IMG/VR virus record: IMGVR_UViG_3300021185_001174
Span: 32,001-96,000 of that record
From: a virus
DNA: 64,000 nt
Reading direction: 5' to 3' (one strand)
Shown here: positions 34,737 to 44,395 of the stretch, in pieces
Position numbering within the stretch: the stretch's first letter is position 1
How the letters are laid out: each line of letters opens with the position of its first letter
Program-made: the position numbers and the translations under genes
Notes under the pieces: model-generated
Seen by the model: only the letters and a program-made list of their open reading frames with translations
What the model was told of the DNA's origin: nothing
Databases searched by the model: none

Positions 34737-36128
34737 CTATATTTTAAATTCAGCAAACGTGTCTTTATTCTCTCTATCACCCCACGTTGCAATTGGTTTA
34801 TCTGGCACAACATCTGTGATAATGTCTTGTTGTGCACTTTCTTCTACATCAAATAATTTCATTCGGCTCCTATCAATACCGACTACAAATCTTTTATATT
34901 TGGTCGGGTCATTATAACGATTTTTCAATTGTTTTACCATGAGTTGGCCTAATTCTTCTAGTTCCTCTGTTGATATAAGAGCAAACATAAGGTCAGCCGT
35001 AGCAGGAAGGCCGAATGATTCTGATGTGTCTTCAAGACCGACATCCGTATTACCAAATCCTGACCTGGTAGTTTGGGTAGCCGATACTATCGGAACATTA
35101 AACTCTACAGCAAGACCACGCAGTTCTTCTGCAATGGCTTTGATGTAAGAGTAACTATTTATACTTCCACCCAGCCCTTTCATACGACTTGATGAACAAA
35201 TATTCAAGTAGTCAATGTATATCATATCTGGGTTAAAGTTCTTTTTCATCTTAAGTTCATTAAGAAGAGCCCTAAAGTGACCTGTATGAGCAGCACCTGT
35301 AGGGTATTCTTTGATAATAAGTTTACCGATAGATGCCTGAGCAATCTTTTGTATCTTACTATCGAAAGTTGATTTGTTAATTCTGGCAAGTTGTTCTATT
35401 GGTAAGTCCATTAGATTAGCATCGATACGTTCAGCAATTCTTTCTTCAGCCATTTCCATGGTGATGTAAAGTACATTCTTGCCTTGTTGTAATACCGATG
35501 CCGCACAATGACACATGAATAGAGACTTACCCACACCTGTTCCTGCCAAAGCAATGTTCAAGGTTTTATTGGGTAAGCCTCCCTTCGTAATCTTATTAAA
35601 GTAATCTAGGTCAAAGGGTGTTCTATCTTCTTTTGTGTTGTAGAAATCAAATCTTTCATCTGAGTTGTCAATGTAATCATGACCAATTGCCTGGTCGAAT
35701 GATACACCGAGAGCATTAGAAAGTATTTCTGGAATAGCACCTTCTGATTGTTCAGCATCTTTGCCATCAATGATACCGATAGAATTCATAATGGCGAGAT
35801 AGACTGCCCTATCCCTACACCACTTTTCGGATTCTTTAATTAGATAATCTGTATCTATTTCTTCATGGACTTGAATAGCCTTTACCAACTGTGATGATGC
35901 ATTGAGCAAATCATCATGAGCACTTGTCTTTCTTAGTTCTAGTTCTAATACACTTGGAGTTGGTAACTTATTATGTTTTCCAACAAAAGCAGTAATTAAA
36001 CTAAATACTGTTCTATGCTCACCCTCAAAGTATTCGGGTTTAATATACGGAATAACTCGTCTACAATAACTCTCGTTATTAAGTAAGTTGCTCAGTATGT
36101 GTGTCGGTAGTTGGTGTTTTATATCCAA
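34737..36128 (-). CDS. 41: Replicative helicase (gp41)
   Basis: AGTGVGKS, ITMEMAEERI, IDYLNI, SATQTTRSG, SESFGLPATAD, KQLKNRY. Confidence 0.96.
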   Translation of the reverse strand: MDIKHQLPTHILSNLLNNESYCRRVIPYIKPEYFEGEHRTVFSLITAFVGKHNKLPTPSVLELELRKTSAHDDLLNASSQLVKAIQVHEEIDTDYLIKESEKWCRDRAVYLAIMNSIGIIDGKDAEQSEGAIPEILSNALGVSFDQAIGHDYIDNSDERFDFYNTKEDRTPFDLDYFNKITKGGLPNKTLNIALAGTGVGKSLFMCHCAASVLQQGKNVLYITMEMAEERIAERIDANLMDLPIEQLARINKSTFDSKIQKIAQASIGKLIIKEYPTGAAHTGHFRALLNELKMKKNFNPDMIYIDYLNICSSSRMKGLGGSINSYSYIKAIAEELRGLAVEFNVPIVSATQTTRSGFGNTDVGLEDTSESFGLPATADLMFALISTEELEELGQLMVKQLKNRYNDPTKYKRFVVGIDRSRMKLFDVEESAQQDIITDVVPDKPIATWGDRENKDTFAEFKI

Positions 36129-36432
36129 TCTGGGCCTCTCTTGTTTCTAGTGACTCTGTTACTATATGTTGTAAAAGAGCACCAAGGTAATCATTAAAAT
36201 CAGGGTCTTTCTGTAAAGTATCTATATCGTGTTCATCTGGGTCTTGAATGTTATAGGTAAATGAAAGTTTTGCCATATCTTTTACAGTATCTTCTTTAAT
36301 AGATACTTTTCCAAATACAAACACAACATCTTTCCATTTACCAGTTTTAATTCTTATCCCATAAAAATCAGATAGTTCACCAGCTTCCTGTTCCACTAAA
36401 GTATAATCTTTATTGGTTATATTATACTCCAT
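36079..36432 (-). CDS. Hypothetical protein at the T4 gp40 position
   Basis: Lies between uvsX and 41; synteny only. Confidence 0.55.
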   Translation of the reverse strand: MEYNITNKDYTLVEQEAGELSDFYGIRIKTGKWKDVVFVFGKVSIKEDTVKDMAKLSFTYNIQDPDEHDIDTLQKDPDFNDYLGALLQHIVTESLETREAQIGYKTPTTDTHTEQLT

Positions 36433-36433
36433 T

Positions 36434-37489
36434 TTACTCTTCCTGTAAAGTGGTTTCTAAATCTATTTCTAATAAAGGCTTATGACCAATTTGATAATAA
36501 GACTTAATGAACTTAGCAAAGTCCGTACCTGTTAAGATAGGGTCCCAGAATTCTTTAGTAAGAGTATCTTTCTGTCTTACTTTAGGCTGTACTATTTCAC
36601 CTGTTGATTGGTCTACTCTAGCATACCAACCCATAGTTGGTTTAACCACATAGTTACCAGCCAAGGCAATTTCTAGTAGGCCTGAATACTGTTCGATTCC
36701 ACCTTCCCATGATACTGATACTGGAATCTTTGATTTCTCTTTTACAAATCTTGACTTCTCTACATTAATAATAAAGTCATAACCTGTAACATCAGAACCA
36801 GTTTTATTTTGTCTACGTCCTAGAATCCAAATGTTATCAGCTGAGTAGTAGATACCCGTACCGCCTGATACGATAGCTTTAGGGAAGAGACCAATCTCTT
36901 GGTAAGTATGATTAACTGCAAGTAGTGGTACATTTTTCATAGTAAGATATGGAGTAACCATTCTGAAAAGTCCTTTCAAAGCCTTAGCCCTGGACATATC
37001 AGCAACACCTTTTTCATTTAAGGCATCTTCTAGTTCTTTCTTAGATGCAAGGTTACCAATAGAATCAATCACAATGATAACTTTATCACCACGTTCGATA
37101 TTATCTAGCTGACCTACTAAATCAAACTTAAGTTGTTCCACATCTGTAATTGGTGTATGTAATACTCTATCAGTATCAATACCAAATGCCTCGAAATATG
37201 ATTGAGGCGAACCAAACTCGGAATCATAGAATAACATTACTGCATCATCGTGTTCCTTCATATAGGCACCAGCCATGAGTAGAGCAAAACTTGTCTTAAA
37301 GTGTTTACTAGGGCCAGCCAATACAGTTAGTCCTGATGTAAGACCACCATCAATATCACCCGATAAGGCGACATTTACCATAGGTACTTCTGTTGGTACC
37401 ATATCTTTTTCTGTAAAGAAAATCGATTTAGATAAGACTGATGTTGTCTTAATCTTCGAATTCTTTTTTAATTTATCCATTACTGACAT
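36434..37489 (-). CDS. uvsX: RecA-like recombinase UvsX
   Basis: AGPSKHFKT, YDSEFG, IDSIGNL, DMSRAK, SGGTGIYYSAD. Confidence 0.96.
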   Translation of the reverse strand: MSVMDKLKKNSKIKTTSVLSKSIFFTEKDMVPTEVPMVNVALSGDIDGGLTSGLTVLAGPSKHFKTSFALLMAGAYMKEHDDAVMLFYDSEFGSPQSYFEAFGIDTDRVLHTPITDVEQLKFDLVGQLDNIERGDKVIIVIDSIGNLASKKELEDALNEKGVADMSRAKALKGLFRMVTPYLTMKNVPLLAVNHTYQEIGLFPKAIVSGGTGIYYSADNIWILGRRQNKTGSDVTGYDFIINVEKSRFVKEKSKIPVSVSWEGGIEQYSGLLEIALAGNYVVKPTMGWYARVDQSTGEIVQPKVRQKDTLTKEFWDPILTGTDFAKFIKSYYQIGHKPLLEIDLETTLQEE

Positions 37490-37749
37490 TATCTTTTTCT
37501 CCTGCCGTGTTGCGTCTGTTCTTGCATACGCTGTTGTTTTCTTGAACGTGCGATGGCTTCGGCCTTCTTACGCTTTCTCTTTGCAGTTGGTTTCTCATAG
37601 AACTCCTTCCTGCGTACATCCTGCAGAGTACCAGCCCTCTCAACTGCTTTTCTAAACTTTCTTAGAGCAACGTCAAACGGCATTGGTTTCTGTGGTCTTT
37701 TATCCTTAGGATTTCTTGGTTTCCTAGGGGTTAAATCTATTGATGGCAT
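37489..37749 (-). CDS. rpsU: Ribosomal protein bS21 with N-terminal extension
   Basis: [41 protein letters not shown]. Confidence 0.92.
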   Translation of the reverse strand: MPSIDLTPRKPRNPKDKRPQKPMPFDVALRKFRKAVERAGTLQDVRRKEFYEKPTAKRKRKKAEAIARSRKQQRMQEQTQHGRRKR

Positions 37750-37776
37750 ATATTCTCCTGTTTTAATATTAAGTAT

Positions 37777-37805
37777 ATTATACTACAAATCACTTCGATT
37801 GTAAA
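37777..37805 (-). promoter_or_regulatory. Sigma70 early promoter for rpsU-uvsX-41
   Basis: TTTACA-17-TATAAT. Confidence 0.85.
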
Positions 37806-38218
37806 GTGTTTTCTTCAACTCTTTTTCTTAAATTAGATGTTGAAAATCTGTGGTCTCTTTTGTTAAAGTAAAAATCTATATCTCTTTGCTTACATAGTTC
37901 TCTACCAGTAAAGTCTTTATCCCTGTATTCTTCGCCCATTATCTTAACATCTATATGATACATTGCAAGGATATCTAGTAGCTCTTCTTCTGTATTATAT
38001 ACTAAAATTTCATCAACATATTTAATGGCGGCTAGTTGCGCTTGGCGTTCGACAATATTTTGAATGGGTTTGTTTTTCTCTGGTCTATCTACCGATGGGT
38101 CATTTTGTAATGCACATATTAAATAATCACATGCGGTCTTTGCTTCTCTTAACATTGCAACATGACCACTATGTAATAAGTCAAATGTGCTGCATGTAAA
38201 TCCTACTCTTTTCTTCAT
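37790..38218 (-). CDS. Glycerol-3-phosphate cytidylyltransferase (TagD)-like
   Basis: FTCSTFDLLHSGH (HIGH), ERQAQL...YVDEI, GEEY, RDHRFST. Confidence 0.85.
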   Translation of the reverse strand: MKKRVGFTCSTFDLLHSGHVAMLREAKTACDYLICALQNDPSVDRPEKNKPIQNIVERQAQLAAIKYVDEILVYNTEEELLDILAMYHIDVKIMGEEYRDKDFTGRELCKQRDIDFYFNKRDHRFSTSNLRKRVEENTLQSK

Positions 38219-38661
38219 ATTTGTTCCAATTCTATTTTACACTTTTCTAAAAAGGGTCTTCCATAACCCACGTTAGCTTTATAATCTTCTTTATAATATA
38301 CTTTTTTAATACCCGATTGGTGTATTAACTTAGCACAATCTATACAAGGCATGGCAGTACAGAAGATTTCGGCACCCTCTGTAGATTCATTTGACCTTGC
38401 AACTTTAGATATAGCATTTGCCTCTGCGTGGAGGACTTCGGGTTTTGTAGTGAGCTCATATACTGGAGTTCTATTTCCATAATCATGGATATCCTTAGTC
38501 TCACATACATTATCCCAACCAGTAGGCATTCCATTATATCCTATAGATATAATCCTATTATCCTTTACTATAATAGAACCTACTTTTTTTCTTTTGGCAT
38601 GACTTAAAGCCGCAAATGTCTCTGCGACTTCCATGAATGCTTTCTTAAATTTATTTTTCAA
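38215..38661 (-). CDS. cd: dCMP deaminase
   Basis: KVGSIIV, GYNG, HAEANAI, PCIDC; start uncertain (TTG 38661 chosen). Confidence 0.9.
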   Translation of the reverse strand: MKNKFKKAFMEVAETFAALSHAKRKKVGSIIVKDNRIISIGYNGMPTGWDNVCETKDIHDYGNRTPVYELTTKPEVLHAEANAISKVARSNESTEGAEIFCTAMPCIDCAKLIHQSGIKKVYYKEDYKANVGYGRPFLEKCKIELEQI

Positions 38662-39070
38662 CGTAAATAATGCCTTGCTCATTGAGAGCTTTACGGTTTG
38701 CCATATGGTGGTTTTCTGTTTCTTCTTTATTGCCACCATAGTATGGGACAGCATGATTGTTATTAATCATGGTTTGATTAACTGAAGTTTCTAATCCATC
38801 TATAAAGAGTTCACCTAAAATTCTACCGAACTTGCCTTTGTCGTGGGATACTAGTTGGATTTTCTTATCTTTTAAGATACTTTCTAAGAAGTATTTAGAT
38901 TGTTTACCATAAAACTTTTCTTCTAAGTCTCTGGTTCTGGATTCTGGTGTATCAATTGCCATCATTCTAACTCTTTGCTTTCTTAGCATAGTGCTGAAAC
39001 CTAAATCAATATCTACATCGACAGTATCTCCGTCAACTACTCTGGTTATATAAACTCTGTATCTATACAT
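38651..39070 (-). CDS. Thermonuclease (SNase)-like protein
   Basis: RVVDGDTV, RVRMMAIDTPES, GKFGRILG. Confidence 0.85.
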   Translation of the reverse strand: MYRYRVYITRVVDGDTVDVDIDLGFSTMLRKQRVRMMAIDTPESRTRDLEEKFYGKQSKYFLESILKDKKIQLVSHDKGKFGRILGELFIDGLETSVNQTMINNNHAVPYYGGNKEETENHHMANRKALNEQGIIYVEK

Positions 39071-39323
39071 TTAGTACCGCCCTAATGAACGACTCATCAA
39101 TAATAGCACCACCTTTACCTTCTACATCAACTGCCATAGCTTTATCCCATTGTAAGAATACTCTATCACCTTTTGCTACATCTGTAACATTAGGGCCGAC
39201 AGCCAAAACTAGGCCAGGTTTACTACCCTTTGTAATTGCCTCTGTTAATATAATACCACCTGATGTAGTATTTTCTTTTTCTGTTTCAGTAACTAGTACA
39301 TTACTGCCAATCATTTTAATCAT
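39063..39323 (-). CDS. groES: GroES-like co-chaperonin
   Basis: TTSGGIIL mobile loop, VLAVGP, KGDRV. Confidence 0.85.
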   Translation of the reverse strand: MIKMIGSNVLVTETEKENTTSGGIILTEAITKGSKPGLVLAVGPNVTDVAKGDRVFLQWDKAMAVDVEGKGGAIIDESFIRAVLNV

Positions 39324-39332
39324 TTATTTCTC

Positions 39333-39569
39333 CTAATATCTAAATGAACCCATAAATTTGGGTCCTTTGGTTATAAATTCCATACCAGCTTTGGAGCCGA
39401 CATATACTTGATGTTTTGAATTATATCTTAAATACACTTCAATCTTACCTTCGAATAATATTTTACATAGGTCTTTAGGTTTGAAAAAAGATACATCTGC
39501 CTCCATAGTCTTACCATTATCGGTACAGTCTACTTGACATATTGATTCGTATTGTTCATTAATTTCCAT
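39333..39569 (-). CDS. Conserved hypothetical protein
   Basis: 78 aa; YVGSKAGMEF motif; follows a late promoter. Confidence 0.6.
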   Translation of the reverse strand: MEINEQYESICQVDCTDNGKTMEADVSFFKPKDLCKILFEGKIEVYLRYNSKHQVYVGSKAGMEFITKGPKFMGSFRY

Positions 39570-39577
39570 GTGTACTC

Positions 39578-40084
39578 CTATTTATAAAATATATGATTGT
39601 CAATAGTAACAACTTCTGTTAGATATGGTGCCCAGTAAGGTGATACAAAGTCTGCATGATACCATAGAGAGCCACTTGTAATGTCTGGCATTTTTCCAGA
39701 TATAACTAAGTCTGCGATATGTAACGATTCCATCCATGTAGTTGAATCTGTAGGTTCATCCGACTTACCATCGCAGTACCAACTGAACTGACATTTATTT
39801 CTAATAGGAACCATATTACCTTTCCAGTTCTCTCTTAATTTAGCTTGATATACTACATCACATATAGTACTAGGAAACTGTGCATCATTTGACCTATTAA
39901 CTGCCACATTGGCAACTGCAACTCTTCCAGCAAATGGTTGATTGGCTGATTCAAAATAAATGTTTTGAGCTAGACAATATCTTTCTCCGTTTTCATCAGA
40001 AGCAGCAAGTGTTGGTACTAATAGAATTAAACATACTATTGCCGCAATCCATAAACTTATATTTCCGTAGTTGGGTGATTTCAT
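39578..40084 (-). CDS. SleB-family cell wall hydrolase with signal peptide
   Basis: CLAQNIYFES, VAVANV..NR, FPSTICDVVYQ, CQFSWYCDG, LWYHADFVSPYW, IDNHIFYK. Confidence 0.9.
   Translation of the reverse strand: MKSPNYGNISLWIAAIVCLILLVPTLAASDENGERYCLAQNIYFESANQPFAGRVAVANVAVNRSNDAQFPSTICDVVYQAKLRENWKGNMVPIRNKCQFSWYCDGKSDEPTDSTTWMESLHIADLVISGKMPDITSGSLWYHADFVSPYWAPYLTEVVTIDNHIFYK
39579..39586 (-). promoter_or_regulatory. Late promoter
   Basis: Exact TATAAATA overlapping the sleB stop, followed by GGAG and ATG. Confidence 0.7.
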
Positions 40085-40932
40085 AATTTCTCCATTATAT
40101 ATTTTTGTAAAGTATTCTTTGGTTTCCAGCCTAAGTCAATTACCTTTGCTGTCTTAAGTTCTCCATTTAATCTATTACCTGCTTTCTCTGGTAGCATTTC
40201 TGGTTGAACTTTAAGATATGAAACTAAATCTAGTATTGAATGTTGTTCTGGTGAACCAATACCATAGTTATCTCCACTACCTTTAAATGCGGCAAGTATA
40301 ATACCCTCTACAATATCATCAACGTGTGTAAAGTTTCTTACTTGAACACCTGGTGATGTAACAGGTAAAGTGGTTGCACCATCTTTGACCATCTTAAGGA
40401 ACTTACCAACTACTGTTGCGTATTGTCCTTCATTGATTTCATTATCTCCATAGACATTATAGAAGTAAACTATACTGTAATCTAAGCCGAACCATTCTGA
40501 ATAGTTCTTTAGTAATTCAGTATTCTGAGCTTTAGTATATGCGTATGGGGAAGCGGCTGATGTATTAGTGGCAAACTTAGTAGATGAACCAGAATAGATT
40601 ACTTTGGCATCCTGATGTTTGGCAAACTTTAGAACTTCTGGGAAGTGTCTTAGGTTATAATCTATTACTTTATCAAAGTCATTAAACGATTGTTCTACTC
40701 TTGCATATTCGCCAAAGTGAAATATATAATCAAAGGTTTGTTCTTGATGTTGTAATGCACCAAATAAGTCCATCGGAGTACCATAGAGATACCAACATCC
40801 ATCGTGTCTATTTGACATCTGACTTGAGTGTCCGTTATCTATTGATACTACTTGATGACCTTCTGATAATAATCTTTTAATTAGATTAGAACCAATAAAT
40901 CCTTCTCCGCCTGTTACTAGTATTTTGCTCAT
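40081..40932 (-). CDS. NAD-dependent sugar-nucleotide epimerase/dehydratase
   Basis: VTGGEGFIGS, YAYTK (YxxxK), YNVYG, RNFTHVDDIV. Confidence 0.9.
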   Translation of the reverse strand: MSKILVTGGEGFIGSNLIKRLLSEGHQVVSIDNGHSSQMSNRHDGCWYLYGTPMDLFGALQHQEQTFDYIFHFGEYARVEQSFNDFDKVIDYNLRHFPEVLKFAKHQDAKVIYSGSSTKFATNTSAASPYAYTKAQNTELLKNYSEWFGLDYSIVYFYNVYGDNEINEGQYATVVGKFLKMVKDGATTLPVTSPGVQVRNFTHVDDIVEGIILAAFKGSGDNYGIGSPEQHSILDLVSYLKVQPEMLPEKAGNRLNGELKTAKVIDLGWKPKNTLQKYIMEKL

Positions 40933-40956
40933 AGTTTTACCTTGTTTAATAGATAT

Positions 40957-40985
40957 ATTATACTACACTTTTAAGTGAAAGTAAA
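40957..40985 (-). promoter_or_regulatory. Sigma70 early promoter
   Basis: TTTACT-17-TATAAT. Confidence 0.8.
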
Positions 40986-40991
40986 GTCTTT

Positions 40992-42179
40992 TTAATTATT
41001 ATTGTATATATCTCTGGTGTATACTTTTGACTCAATGATATCATCAGACATTCTATTGGTCACGATTATGTCAGATAGCTCGTTGAACTTATCTATGTCA
41101 TTTTCTATAACACAACCTAAAAACTTATCATCTTCAATCATAGGCTCATGAATAATAACTTTGACTCCAGCCTTGGTAAGTCTATCAACAACACCTTGTA
41201 TGGCTGAACACCTATAATTATCTGAACCAGATTTCATGGCTAGTCTATAGATTCCTACTACTGATACATTATCTTTCTGTTGTATCATTCTTGCAATCCA
41301 ATCTTTTCTGTTCTCATTCGCGTATACAATACCTTGGATAATCTTGGTAGGAATATGATGCTTTCTAAAATTGGCAAGTAGTTGTTTTGTATCTTTAGGA
41401 AAACAGTATCCGCCATAACCAAATGATGGGTTACTATAACCTCTACCGATACGTGAATCTCCAGTAACACCTTCTATAATAGAATAGGCGTTCATATTAT
41501 TTGCCTCTGCGTACATATCTAATTCATTAAAAAATGATACTCTCATCGCGAGGTATGTATTGGCAAAGAGTTTAATTGATTCTGCCTCTTTAGTTCCACA
41601 TAGATTAACTGGTGGCGATGGGAAGTTTGGTATAATACATTCATTAATAAGTTTGGCAAACGATTCACCATTGTAACCAATATCACCTACTACAATTCTT
41701 TCTGGTCGTAGACAGTCTCTTAACGCTGTGCCTTCTCTTAAGAATTCTGGAGAGAATATAACTGACTTCGTATACTTCTCTTGCATATCATCAATGAATC
41801 CTACAGGTATAGTTGACTTAACTACTATTGTGGTTGAACTTTTATCCCAGTCAGCATTATATTCTACTGCATCTCTAATACAACCTTCAACAGTATCTGT
41901 GTTAAAGTAGTTTGTTGCTTCATCATAATCAGTTGGTGTTGCGATGACCACCCAGTCAGCATCTGAATATGCAGTCTTCTTATCCATGGTCGCCTTAAGT
42001 GATAACTTGCCTTCAGCTAGTTCATCCGATATATCTTTATCTTCAATGGTTGATACGCCAAGGTTAATTGAAGCTACTCTTAACTTATCAATGTCTAAAA
42101 TTGTTACATCATGTTTCTTGGCAAACATTACTGCGTTAGCCATACCAACGTAACCCGAACCTACTACTGTTATTTTCAT
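40992..42179 (-). CDS. ugd: UDP-glucose 6-dehydrogenase
   Basis: GSGYVG, IATPTDY, KSTIPVG, SPEFLREG, KLFANTYLAMRV, GYGGYCFPKD, LAMKSGSDN. Confidence 0.95.
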   Translation of the reverse strand: MKITVVGSGYVGMANAVMFAKKHDVTILDIDKLRVASINLGVSTIEDKDISDELAEGKLSLKATMDKKTAYSDADWVVIATPTDYDEATNYFNTDTVEGCIRDAVEYNADWDKSSTTIVVKSTIPVGFIDDMQEKYTKSVIFSPEFLREGTALRDCLRPERIVVGDIGYNGESFAKLINECIIPNFPSPPVNLCGTKEAESIKLFANTYLAMRVSFFNELDMYAEANNMNAYSIIEGVTGDSRIGRGYSNPSFGYGGYCFPKDTKQLLANFRKHHIPTKIIQGIVYANENRKDWIARMIQQKDNVSVVGIYRLAMKSGSDNYRCSAIQGVVDRLTKAGVKVIIHEPMIEDDKFLGCVIENDIDKFNELSDIIVTNRMSDDIIESKVYTRDIYNNN

Positions 42180-43102
42180 AAACTATTCCTATGTACAAAT
42201 TCTAAGGCTCTTTCTGCCTCTTTATCTAATGGTCTTTTATTATACCAATTGCCTGTATCTAAATCTAATTCTCTACATAAGTAGGCGATTTCTTTAGAGG
42301 TAATTGGATACTTGTTACTTATAGCGTTACCTGCTAGTGCCACCATAATCTGATACATTTTATGATACCAGCCACTGCCTGTAATCGTTCTATATTCTTG
42401 TTCTAATTTCTTTGGAAAAAACGGACAGTCTTTATAACCAGTCCATGATACCTTAGTATTAGTTAGTGAAGATTTCATGTGAGCCATCATGGCCTCTTGC
42501 ATCTTCTTAGGTAATTTATCAAAGAATGAATTCCCACTTTTTTCTATATACTCATGGCGAGACATAATATCATGGGGAGATATTGGCTCACCTTGTTTAG
42601 TAAAGATAAAGTTATGCGCATTAGCATACTTGCCAGGGATGTAATACATTCTTGATAAATCTTTGGTCTGGATATCACCCATTTCACCAAGTTCTTTGTT
42701 GAGGGCATACCAGAAGTGTTTAATATTGTCTTTGTTAACAAACTCTGTAAGGGGAAAGACAAGTCTAAACTTTGGCAAGTCTTTTGTGGATGAAGCAGTA
42801 GAGTAACAGATATAATGATAATCTTTACATTTCTTGTCCAAGAACTCTTGTAAGTCCTCGGTGCAATCATCTACATCTATGGCACACCAGCCACCCCAAC
42901 CTTGTACATTATCATTCTTTCTTGTAGTACCAGCAGAATAAAAAGCAGGAGACATTAGTTCTGCAGACTTTTTATCTTTTCTGGGTTTCTCGGAAAGTCG
43001 ATATAGTATTGTTTCAAAGTCTTTGAATGTGGGTAAATCTATACTCTTGTTAGTCTGAACATCAAAGAGTGATTCAAATAGTGTGCCTGATACTTTATCC
43101 AT
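42176..43102 (-). CDS. Primase-polymerase-like protein (DNA primase subunit of marine T4-likes)
   Basis: WCAIDVDD, YSTASS...KFRLVFPL, KDLSRMYYIP. Confidence 0.7.
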   Translation of the reverse strand: MDKVSGTLFESLFDVQTNKSIDLPTFKDFETILYRLSEKPRKDKKSAELMSPAFYSAGTTRKNDNVQGWGGWCAIDVDDCTEDLQEFLDKKCKDYHYICYSTASSTKDLPKFRLVFPLTEFVNKDNIKHFWYALNKELGEMGDIQTKDLSRMYYIPGKYANAHNFIFTKQGEPISPHDIMSRHEYIEKSGNSFFDKLPKKMQEAMMAHMKSSLTNTKVSWTGYKDCPFFPKKLEQEYRTITGSGWYHKMYQIMVALAGNAISNKYPITSKEIAYLCRELDLDTGNWYNKRPLDKEAERALEFVHRNSL

Positions 43103-43111
43103 AATAGGTAT

Positions 43112-43140
43112 ATTATACTACATTTTAATCTGATTGTAAA
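43112..43140 (-). promoter_or_regulatory. Sigma70 early promoter
   Basis: TTTACA-17-TATAAT. Confidence 0.85.
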
Positions 43141-44036
43141 GGGGTTTTTAAAATTAATTTTAAATTTTTATAGTCGGTGAAAAATCTTCGTTTGTGTTGT
43201 AACTTCCAACCCTTATGTGAACCTTCTACTAACTCAACAACTCTAAAGTTCTTAGGCCAGACCTTAACAAATCTCTCATAGAGTTTGCGTCTCTTCTCTT
43301 TACTTTCCCAGTGGTTCATATTACCACCTTTTTGAGTCGCAGTACCAGGAGCATCAAATAGGATATGAGAGAAAGAAATTGTACACCACTTGTTTTCTAA
43401 GGCTGTGAGTGTATAATGCCAGTCCTCTACACCTGATAGATTTTCTGGCCAAGTAACATCAGCTTCATTCTTAATGAGAACACAGCTGTATGCGAGTTGG
43501 TTTACTTTAACTGGATATCTTTTACTAAAAGCAAATGCTGGACTTGTAAGGCCTGATATGGCAACATTAGAGAATAGACCAATTGTCTTTTCTACCACGG
43601 CCAAGGCATTGATACCTTTAACCACAACATTCTTATCATTCATTCTGATTCTAAACTTTTTAATATCATCATCCATTTGCCAGTGATATGTATCACCTTG
43701 GGCTTTAGAGTATTCTTTGATAAAGTTTCTGACATATGAAATGCCTCTATCGTTAGCTTCAATATTAACTAATATATCTTTATCGTGATATTTGGAATAC
43801 TCTTCATAATCTTGAGGTTCAACAAACAACTTATATGGTATATTTTCTTCTAATAATGTTTTAGGAGTAAATGCACAATCTGCTCTTCCCTTACTTGGGA
43901 CATATATAGGATGAGATACATCTGTATAATTTTCATGTTCTGATATAAGGTCAGAAACATATGTTACTATATCAAAGTCAGCTTCATCACTAAATAAAGG
44001 ATTGTGCTCTACTATATATTTGTTTAAGTTTGTCAT
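43125..44036 (-). CDS. GT-A glycosyltransferase, TET-associated/GREB1-like (copy 1)
   Basis: IYVPSKGR, FVEPQDYEEY, GISYVRN, WQMDDDI (DxD), VEDW, KGGN. Confidence 0.8.
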   Translation of the reverse strand: MTNLNKYIVEHNPLFSDEADFDIVTYVSDLISEHENYTDVSHPIYVPSKGRADCAFTPKTLLEENIPYKLFVEPQDYEEYSKYHDKDILVNIEANDRGISYVRNFIKEYSKAQGDTYHWQMDDDIKKFRIRMNDKNVVVKGINALAVVEKTIGLFSNVAISGLTSPAFAFSKRYPVKVNQLAYSCVLIKNEADVTWPENLSGVEDWHYTLTALENKWCTISFSHILFDAPGTATQKGGNMNHWESKEKRRKLYERFVKVWPKNFRVVELVEGSHKGWKLQHKRRFFTDYKNLKLILKTPLQSD

Positions 44037-44395
44037 TATTCTACTAGAATATGTCCTTCGTCAATTACTTCGTCAACATCTGGGTTGCCATCAATTTGGT
44101 CTTCATGCATCCATCTAAGAAGCGAGTTCTTACTTTTGTCTGCAGGTGGATACCAAACACCTTTTGTTTTAGGTGTTACTGTTTGGCCAATAAGTTCTGC
44201 AAATGCCAATAGGTCTTCTTCATTACGGAATCTTACCTTAATACATTTCCATGCCTCATTCTGCTTCTGGTCAAACTCTGGCATTGAATCCCACTGATGT
44301 GGTGTCTCTGCCTCTTCTTCTCCTGATAATACAAATAGACTTTCACCTTCGTAATTGATTTGTCTATCTTTGGTTGAATTATTTTTACTTGCCAT
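44036..44395 (-). CDS. Small conserved partner of the glycosyltransferases
   Basis: WDSMPEF...IKVRFRNEEDLLAFAELIGQ...TKGVWYP; sandwiched between the two GT genes. Confidence 0.7.
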   Translation of the reverse strand: MASKNNSTKDRQINYEGESLFVLSGEEEAETPHQWDSMPEFDQKQNEAWKCIKVRFRNEEDLLAFAELIGQTVTPKTKGVWYPPADKSKNSLLRWMHEDQIDGNPDVDEVIDEGHILVE

